Source of the DNA: Candidatus Marinacidobacterales bacterium
GTDB lineage: Bacteria > Acidobacteriota > Vicinamibacteria > Marinacidobacterales > SMYC01
Assembly: GCA_965237955.1 (NCBI GenBank)
Contig: OZ250169.1
Location: 6,624,001 to 6,688,000 of the forward strand
Reading direction: 5' to 3'
DNA length: 64,000 bases
Shown: in pieces, positions 57,772 to 64,000 of the stretch
Numbering within the stretch: the stretch's first letter is position 1
Layout of the letters: each line of letters opens with the position of its first letter
Notes under the pieces: generated by a model
The model's database searches: none
Told to the model about the DNA's origin: nothing
What the model saw: the letters and a program-made list of their open reading frames with translations, nothing else
Program-made: the position numbers and the translations under genes

Positions 57772-59136
57772 TCAGCGAATATAGCCGAGGCCCCGAAGCT
57801 CGCGTAAAACTTCTTCATCGAGAGGACTTTCGGCTGTACCGCCCGAGCGGCTCCCGTCGTCGTGCGACGCCACCCAGGTCGGTGGACGGGCCGCCATCAG
57901 CGACGGCTCGAGTGCTTCCGTGAGAACGCGTCCGTCCATATCGCGCCCCGCTGGGAGTCCCATCAGGTAGAGCGCGGTGGGTGCCACGTCGAAAAGCGTT
58001 GGGTCGTCGAGACGGACGCCCGCTCGCACCGGCGGACCCCACAAAAACATGACCCCAGACGGCGCTCGCACGCCGCCGCGGCCATCGTCGTAGTGGTTGA
58101 AGCCGTAGTTTCGGAACTGGAAGCCGTGATCCGACAGCACGAGAAGGACGGTGTCCGGCCCAGCTCGCTCCATGATTCGGCCGAGCCGGCGGTCTTCGTG
58201 CACGTAGACGGGTTCGAGCACCCGCGCGTAGGCCTCGTCCATCGTGCGCGACATCTCTTCGGTCACGGGACGCCCCTCGCCGCGAAGCTCGTCATAGACG
58301 CGCTGCGCTACCCGCCGCTCGATGAAGCGCCACATGAAGTGAGTGTAGACATCGGCGGTACGGAAGAGAGCTTGCACCAGATCGGCCTGTCCCCGGCTGT
58401 CGATGAGATGCTCGAGGCTGCGCTCGGTGATCATGTCGTTGTTGAAAATACCGGCGGAAGTCTGAAACCGAGCCCGGAAATTCGTCGACGGCAAGAAGGC
58501 ACTGTCCGCGCGCTCGCGTGAGAACACCGGCATGCCGGCGGCGGCGAGCGCTCGGTTCGCGTCCTCACGGCCCGGCAATGCGAGCTCGTCGAGCTCGCGC
58601 GCTAGCTCGGGCGGAAACGTCACGTCAGCGACCTCTTCTCTGAGCGCGCGCGGAAAGTGGTTCGAGACGATCTCGCCGGCGACCTCCTCCGCGGGCCACG
58701 TCGCCCACCAGTTGAGAATTTGTACGCTCTTGCCACCGTTCGTCGCGATGTTCCAAAGCGCCTCGGTGCGCCTAGAGTGGCCGGACGCCAGCACTTTGCG
58801 CTGCCCGTCCTCGGACAAGAGCTGCCAGTCGACGATGCCGTGCTTCTCCATACGCTTTCCCGTCGTGACTGACGTCCACAGCACGACGGATTTCGTCGGC
58901 TTGAACGTCTGGCACGGCGCGTACGCGCCCTCATCCATGAGCCTCTGGAAATTGGGGAGCTTGCCTTGCGACAGAAAGTAATCCAAAAACTCCGGATCCA
59001 TGCCGTCGAAGCCGAGGATCATCACCGGGTAGGAGGACCCCTCGGTGCTCGGGCGCTCAGCGGACGCGTCGAGATAAACCATCAGGCCGATGGTTCCGAC
59101 GACGACGGCGGAGACGCCAAGCCAGAGTTTCATCAT
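57772..59136 (-). CDS. Alkaline phosphatase superfamily (phosphodiesterase/nucleotide pyrophosphatase-like) protein
   Basis: LGFDGMD, SVVLWTSVTTG, SDHGF, DVAPT, LRGLGYI. Confidence 0.85.
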   Translation of the reverse strand: MMKLWLGVSAVVVGTIGLMVYLDASAERPSTEGSSYPVMILGFDGMDPEFLDYFLSQGKLPNFQRLMDEGAYAPCQTFKPTKSVVLWTSVTTGKRMEKHGIVDWQLLSEDGQRKVLASGHSRRTEALWNIATNGGKSVQILNWWATWPAEEVAGEIVSNHFPRALREEVADVTFPPELARELDELALPGREDANRALAAAGMPVFSRERADSAFLPSTNFRARFQTSAGIFNNDMITERSLEHLIDSRGQADLVQALFRTADVYTHFMWRFIERRVAQRVYDELRGEGRPVTEEMSRTMDEAYARVLEPVYVHEDRRLGRIMERAGPDTVLLVLSDHGFQFRNYGFNHYDDGRGGVRAPSGVMFLWGPPVRAGVRLDDPTLFDVAPTALYLMGLPAGRDMDGRVLTEALEPSLMAARPPTWVASHDDGSRSGGTAESPLDEEVLRELRGLGYIR

Positions 59137-59150
59137 TAATGACGTCTACT

Positions 59151-59525
59151 TTACTCCGTCGGCACGAACTCCATACGGGGAACATCTTCGGATGCCCATT
59201 CGACGGATTCGCCGGCGAGAAGCCGGTTCGATTTTTCGAGACAAATCGACGCCTTGTCGGCGAGCGCCGCCACGTCGAGCCCGTCCGTCGACGGAGCGAA
59301 TCGCGCGAGCACTTGGAGCGCACGCGACAGAAGATTGACGGCGCCCTGATGGTTCGCGGCGGCGACGTGGTACATGCCCACCGACACGTGGATCAGCGCT
59401 TGAAGGAAGGCACGCTCGTCACCGCGGGCATCTTGCCAAGCGTCTTCGAGATAGTCGTGGGCTTCGAAATAGAGCTTGTCGTTGAAGAGGCGCGCGGCTT
59501 CGGCGAGGAGCTCCCGCTCGCTCAC
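59151..59525 (-). CDS. DUF309 domain protein
   Basis: LFN..YFEAHDYLEDAW...LQALI. Confidence 0.85.
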   Translation of the reverse strand: MSERELLAEAARLFNDKLYFEAHDYLEDAWQDARGDERAFLQALIHVSVGMYHVAAANHQGAVNLLSRALQVLARFAPSTDGLDVAALADKASICLEKSNRLLAGESVEWASEDVPRMEFVPTE

Positions 59526-61050
59526 CGGTCGAGCTCGTCACGATCACTGCTCGCTCGGTAGACGATGGCCTCTTGCAGGTGAATCGCTTCGATTTCGCCT
59601 GCGCCGGCGAGGTCGGCGATGGTCCGCGCTACCTTGAGCACGCGATGGAATGCGCGCGCGGAAAGGTGGAGTCGTTCCGTCGCTCGCTTCAACATCACCT
59701 CGGTTTTGTCATCGAGACCACAGCATCGCGCGATTTGCTTCGGCGTCATGAACGCGTTGAGCTTCGTCGCACCGCGGCGGAACCGCGCTCCTTGGACGCG
59801 CCGCGCCCGCTCCACCCGGCCTCTGACCTCGGCCGAGCTTTCGCCCGGTTTCTTGTCGAGCATCTCATGGGACGCAAGCGCGCGGACCTCGACACGCAAG
59901 TCGATCCGATCGAGCAGTGGTCCCGAGATCTTCGATTGATAGCGATGGATCATCCCGGGCGTGCAATCGCACGGCCGTGTTTCCGCGCCACGATAGCCAC
60001 ACGGACAAGGGTTCATCGCCGCAACGAGAGTGAACCGCGCCGGCAACGTCGCCATGCGATCGACCCAACGGATGCGCACCTTGCCTTCCTCCAGGGGTTG
60101 GCGGAGCGATTCGAGGGACGGGCGAATGAACTCGGCGAGCTCGTCGAGAAACAGCACGCCCCGGTGTGCGAGGCTCACCTCACCGGGCCGGGGCCCAACG
60201 CCCCCACCGACCATCGCTTGTGTCGAGACCGTATGGTGCGGCGCCCGAAACGGTGGGTTCGACACCAGAGCACCATCGTCCAAGAGCCCCGCAACCGAGT
60301 AAATCTTCGTGACCTCGAGCGCGTGCTCGAAACAAAGCGGGGGCAGAAGCGAAGGCAGGCGCATGGCGAGAAGACTCTTCCCCGCGCCGGGTGGCCCCGA
60401 CATGAGAAGGTTGTGCCCGCCCCCGCCGCGGCGACCTCGAGCGCCCGTTTGGCAGAACGCTGCCCTTTGACGTCGGACAGGTCGGCCCCATCCGCGGTGC
60501 GGGTACCGTTTGGACGCGTGATCGGCTCAGGCGCGACCCAATCCGATGAGACCAGATCGACCGCCTCGCGAAGCGAGTCCACGGTGTACACCGACACGTC
60601 TTTGACGAGCGCCGCCTCGGCACCGTTGGCTTTCGGCACGACGACGCGGCGGATCCCACTCTTCGCGGCCTGCAACACCGCCGGCAGCACGCCCCGCACC
60701 GGGCGCAGGTTGCCATCGAGCGCAAGCTCCCCGAGAAAGAGCGTGTTCTCGAGCGGCTCGACGGGCGCCTGCTGCTTGGCGGCAACGAGCCCTAGCGCTA
60801 CCGCGAGATCGAAGGCGGAGCCTTGCTTCTTGACGTCGGCAGGAGCGAGGTTGACTGTCACCTCCCCCTCGAGCTTGCCGAACCCACTGTTGATGAGAGC
60901 GGATCGAACCCGCACCTGAGCCTCGCGCACCGCGGCATCCGGAAGCCCAACCATGCGGACCTTGGTGATCCCGCCCGCCATGTCCACCTCGACGTGGATC
61001 ACGAGCCCCTCGACACCGTGAATCGTGCCTGTGTTCGTCTTTACCAGCAT
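59522..61050 (-). pseudogene. comM: YifB/ComM Mg-chelatase-like AAA ATPase, frameshifted in a G run at ~60420
   Basis: VGLPDAAVRE, VNLAPA, AKRALEVAAAG | GHNLLMSGPPGAGKS, RAPHH, PGEVSLAH, MNPCPCG, SGPLLDRID. Confidence 0.88.
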
Positions 61051-61098
61051 TAATGGGTATAGACGAGTTCGGGAGGCAAAAGCCTCCCTCACGGTGTC

Positions 61099-61126
61099 CA
61101 GCATTCAGCATTCAGCATCCAGGATC
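61099..61126. repeat. Heptamer tandem repeat (CAGCATY x4, degenerate)
   Basis: cagcatt cagcatt cagcatc caggatc. Confidence 0.65.
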
Positions 61127-61162
61127 TCGGACGGAAACAACGCGCCTCACCGGCGGCGGGAA

Positions 61163-63181
61163 CTAATTAGTTCCCGCGCCGACGTGAATGCTAATCCTCT
61201 CCCCCGCAATAATGTGGTCCGAGCTGATGTCGTTCCACTCGCGGATGTCTTCGACGGTGACGCCGAAGCGGCGGGCGATCTTCGAAAGGGTGTCGCCGCG
61301 GCGGACGCGGTAGCTCATTGGGCCCGCGTCCGCTTGGGCGACGGTTGCCTCGCGGACGTAGAGCTCTTGTCCCGGATAGATGCGACTCCGGCGCCCGGAG
61401 AAACCGTTCAGCCGTCTGAGGGTCGATAGGCCGATACCGTGGTCGTCCGCAATCTGGCCCATTGTGTCGCCGGGTTGAACGGTATAGGTCGCTCCACCAC
61501 GCGGAGCCGCACTGCCCCGCCGCGACGTGCTCAGAGTGGCCGCGGCGCGCTCGGTCACGATGAGCTTCTGACCCGGGTAGATGCGCGTCGCGCGTGACGC
61601 CATCCCGTTGAGAGCGCGAAGCTCGGAAAGCGACATCGAAAACGACGTCGAGATATCACCCAACGTGTCACCGCGCTGGACGAGGTAGACGTCCTGCCCA
61701 TTCTCGGCGATGACCTCGCGCCGTTCGACCGATCGAATCCTCTGGCCGCCACTCCCCGGCGGGACCGGTACCGTCAGGACTTGACCGGGGTGGATGAGCG
61801 AGCGGCGACTAACGTTGTTGGCCGCCGTGAGAGCGGCGATCGACGTGCCGTAGCGATTCGCGATACCGGACAGCGTGTCACCCCGGCGCACCACATGCGT
61901 CCCGAAGCGAACGCGCTCGTCTTCAGGGATCGCGGCGAGGGCCGTCTTGAACGCTTCCGCGTTACCCTTCGGAATCCTGATCGGATAGGTGTTGCTGTCG
62001 AGAGGCGTCACCCAGCGCCGGAGCTCGGGATTCAGGAACTTCATGTCGTCCAGGCTCACGCCGGCGGAGTCGGCTGCGGTCGAGAGATCGACCGCGTGTT
62101 CGAGGCGAACCACGTCGTATTCGATCGGTGTCTTCGACGACGATGTGAAACCGTAAGCTTCTGGGTTTTTCGCAATGACGGTGGCCGCGATGATGAGCGG
62201 CACGTAGCTTCGGGTCTCTCGCGGCAGGACGCGCCTTTGCGCATGAACCCAGAAGTCGCGGCTGCCGGTGCGGCGGATCGCGCGCTCGACGCGCCTCTGC
62301 CCCGAGTTGTACGCCGCCATGACGAGGTACCAATCACCGAGATCGGCGTACAGATCTTTCAAGTGCCGTGCCGCCGCGCGGGTCGCCTTCTCAGCATTGA
62401 AACGATCGTCGACCCAAAAAGTCTGCCGCAACCCGTACAGTCGGCCGGTCCCGCGAATGAACTGCCAGATACCGCGAGCGCCCGCGCGCGAGACGGCGCG
62501 TCCCTTGAAGGCGCTTTCCACCATCGCGAGGTACATTAAATCCTGCGGCACTCCCTCTTCCGCGAAGACCTCGTGGACCATCGGGGCGTAGTAGCCGGAT
62601 CGGTCGAGAGCTTCTTGAAACCAATCGTGCCGGCGCAGCTGGAACATCTCGATGATGGAGCGCACCCGCTGGTTCATCACGATGGGGATGTCGTAGGTAA
62701 CCGAGGGAAGGTCGCTCGCCGCAATGGGTGCGGGCTCTTCGGCAGGATCAGCATCGCTCAGCTCTTCGAGCCCGGCGTCGCTCGTGAGCTCGTCCACGGC
62801 CGCGACATCCGCTTGCTCGAGCTCGGCGGCGAGCGCATCGAGAGACGCGCGCTCGGTGTCATGGATCGTCGCGATCACGTCGTTGTAGAGGCCGTCTCCT
62901 TCCGCGCTCGAGGAGACCCCGCCGGGTAAGCCGAGAAGCAGATCCACCGCCCGATCGAACGCGAGACGAGCCTCGCTCCACTGACCTTGGTGGGCGAGCT
63001 CCTCGCCTTTTTCCAGCTCAGCGCGAGCGGATTGAATGACCTCTTTCTGGGAGCTTTCGCTAACCTCCGGCAACGGCGGCGCTACCGGCTCGGTTTCCGT
63101 GTTCTTGCCCGAGCAGCTCGCGAGCGATGCAACAATGGCAACGGTGAGCACACAGCCCAATCGGGTGGAAAACACCGGCAC
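61163..63181 (-). CDS. MltD-like lytic transglycosylase lipoprotein with four LysM domains
   Basis: LASC lipobox; VESAF, GIWQF, AAYNSG, ETRSYVP; four (R/P)GDT(L/M) LysM repeats. Confidence 0.92.
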   Translation of the reverse strand: MPVFSTRLGCVLTVAIVASLASCSGKNTETEPVAPPLPEVSESSQKEVIQSARAELEKGEELAHQGQWSEARLAFDRAVDLLLGLPGGVSSSAEGDGLYNDVIATIHDTERASLDALAAELEQADVAAVDELTSDAGLEELSDADPAEEPAPIAASDLPSVTYDIPIVMNQRVRSIIEMFQLRRHDWFQEALDRSGYYAPMVHEVFAEEGVPQDLMYLAMVESAFKGRAVSRAGARGIWQFIRGTGRLYGLRQTFWVDDRFNAEKATRAAARHLKDLYADLGDWYLVMAAYNSGQRRVERAIRRTGSRDFWVHAQRRVLPRETRSYVPLIIAATVIAKNPEAYGFTSSSKTPIEYDVVRLEHAVDLSTAADSAGVSLDDMKFLNPELRRWVTPLDSNTYPIRIPKGNAEAFKTALAAIPEDERVRFGTHVVRRGDTLSGIANRYGTSIAALTAANNVSRRSLIHPGQVLTVPVPPGSGGQRIRSVERREVIAENGQDVYLVQRGDTLGDISTSFSMSLSELRALNGMASRATRIYPGQKLIVTERAAATLSTSRRGSAAPRGGATYTVQPGDTMGQIADDHGIGLSTLRRLNGFSGRRSRIYPGQELYVREATVAQADAGPMSYRVRRGDTLSKIARRFGVTVEDIREWNDISSDHIIAGERISIHVGAGTN

Positions 63182-63194
63182 GCTCGAACCTCCT

Positions 63195-64000
63195 CTAAAC
63201 CTGCACGAAAATATTGTTGTCGTTCCCGAACTCCCGGGCCGACGGCGTGATGACCGTCGACGGGCCTACGGGAAGCTTCCGACCGTCGCTGAGAGCGGAG
63301 CGCACGTCGTCTTCGGAGACGAACTCCAAAGCGTTCACCGACGGCCCCGACACCGACGAGACCGACGCTACCGTCGGTCTCGACGATGTCTCGCCCTCGA
63401 ACGATGCGTCGGGCGCTGAAGCTGAGCCTGAAGCTGAAGAAGACAAGCCCAAGCCCCGGCGAACGAGAAACTGTGTGACACGTTGCTCCAATGGCACTGA
63501 GCGAGTCCCGGTCCCGGTCGACGGCGGTGATGTCGTCACCACCGATGTTGACGCGACCGAAGCCGGGGGAGCGGTACGCTCTCCCGTATAACCATATGCG
63601 TCGAGCGCGGACGCAACATCCACGCTTCGCACTTCGTAAGCGAGCCGCTTCACGTTGATGAGATGAAGCGGGGTGATGTTGTCCGAAGTGATGTTGCCCC
63701 CGTAAGAGCCACATCCGAGCGTCATCGCCGGAAACAGACCGGTGGAAAACCCCACCGCGCCATGGGTGGCCGGGGAGTTCGCGACAATGCGCGACGCCGG
63801 TTTCTGGAGCGCGAACTCGCGAATGATGTCGTCGTTTTTCGAATGGATCGAGAGCGTGTGCCCCATACCGCCGTAGCGCAGAATCTGTTTGGCGCGCTCA
63901 CAACCTTCTTTCCAATCGCGAACGACATAGAACGCGAGAATCGGTGAGAGCTTCTCGATGGACAACGGATAATCGCGTCCGACGCCATCGAGCTCCACCA
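63195..64000 (-). CDS. 3' part of an acylating aldehyde dehydrogenase (EutE-like) with C-terminal extension
   Basis: EKLSPIL, GMGHT, TLGCGSYGGNITSDN; linker-helix-linker plus FVSEDDVR...VITPSARE tail. Confidence 0.88.
   Translation of the reverse strand, partial: VELDGVGRDYPLSIEKLSPILAFYVVRDWKEGCERAKQILRYGGMGHTLSIHSKNDDIIREFALQKPASRIVANSPATHGAVGFSTGLFPAMTLGCGSYGGNITSDNITPLHLINVKRLAYEVRSVDVASALDAYGYTGERTAPPASVASTSVVTTSPPSTGTGTRSVPLEQRVTQFLVRRGLGLSSSASGSASAPDASFEGETSSRPTVASVSSVSGPSVNALEFVSEDDVRSALSDGRKLPVGPSTVITPSAREFGNDNNIFVQV

Noticed and set aside
1-64000. CRISPR array, tRNA, rRNA
   Set aside because: No regularly spaced repeats, cloverleaf or rRNA-like sequence seen by eye; a tRNAscan/Infernal run would be definitive.

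Overview
GC-rich bacterial chromosomal window, most consistent with an Acidobacteriota (Vicinamibacteria-like) genome. This is inferred from gene content: an ADOP-type permease remnant, kinase-propeller tails, CocE/PQQ/sulfatase-like genes and a DUF6569-like protein. From 2 to 24 kb lies a nucleobase/ureide catabolic region: NCS2 permease, beta-ureidopropionase-like nitrilase, L- and D-carbamoylases, a fused 2Fe-2S/Mo hydroxylase, SsnA-like and DpaL-like enzymes, a PLP enzyme, an LLM oxidoreductase, an aldehyde dehydrogenase, dihydropyrimidinase and an ornithine cyclodeaminase-family protein. Housekeeping and envelope genes follow (nnr, tsaE, guaB, secA, comM/yifB, mltD-like, M23). An IS-rich island at 48.6-56.6 kb holds an IS256 nested in an IS1182 nested in a DUF6569-like gene, plus an IS630 and an IS110. 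The top observation is an IS110 element whose non-coding end contains two 8-nt guides matching its own insertion site, the conserved N-W-F codons of a kinase/propeller C-terminus, and which appears to carry an equal-length replacement 3' tail that restores the interrupted gene end. Other highlights are an unannotated 69-aa two-UGA selenoprotein, a long structured 5' leader on the ureidopropionase gene, an in-frame fused BrnT toxin-antitoxin, divergent sigma54 promoters, pervasive leaderless-type promoters, and many genes collapsed by internal deletions. No rRNA, tRNA or CRISPR array was seen. Family assignments rest on motif recognition, not database searches.
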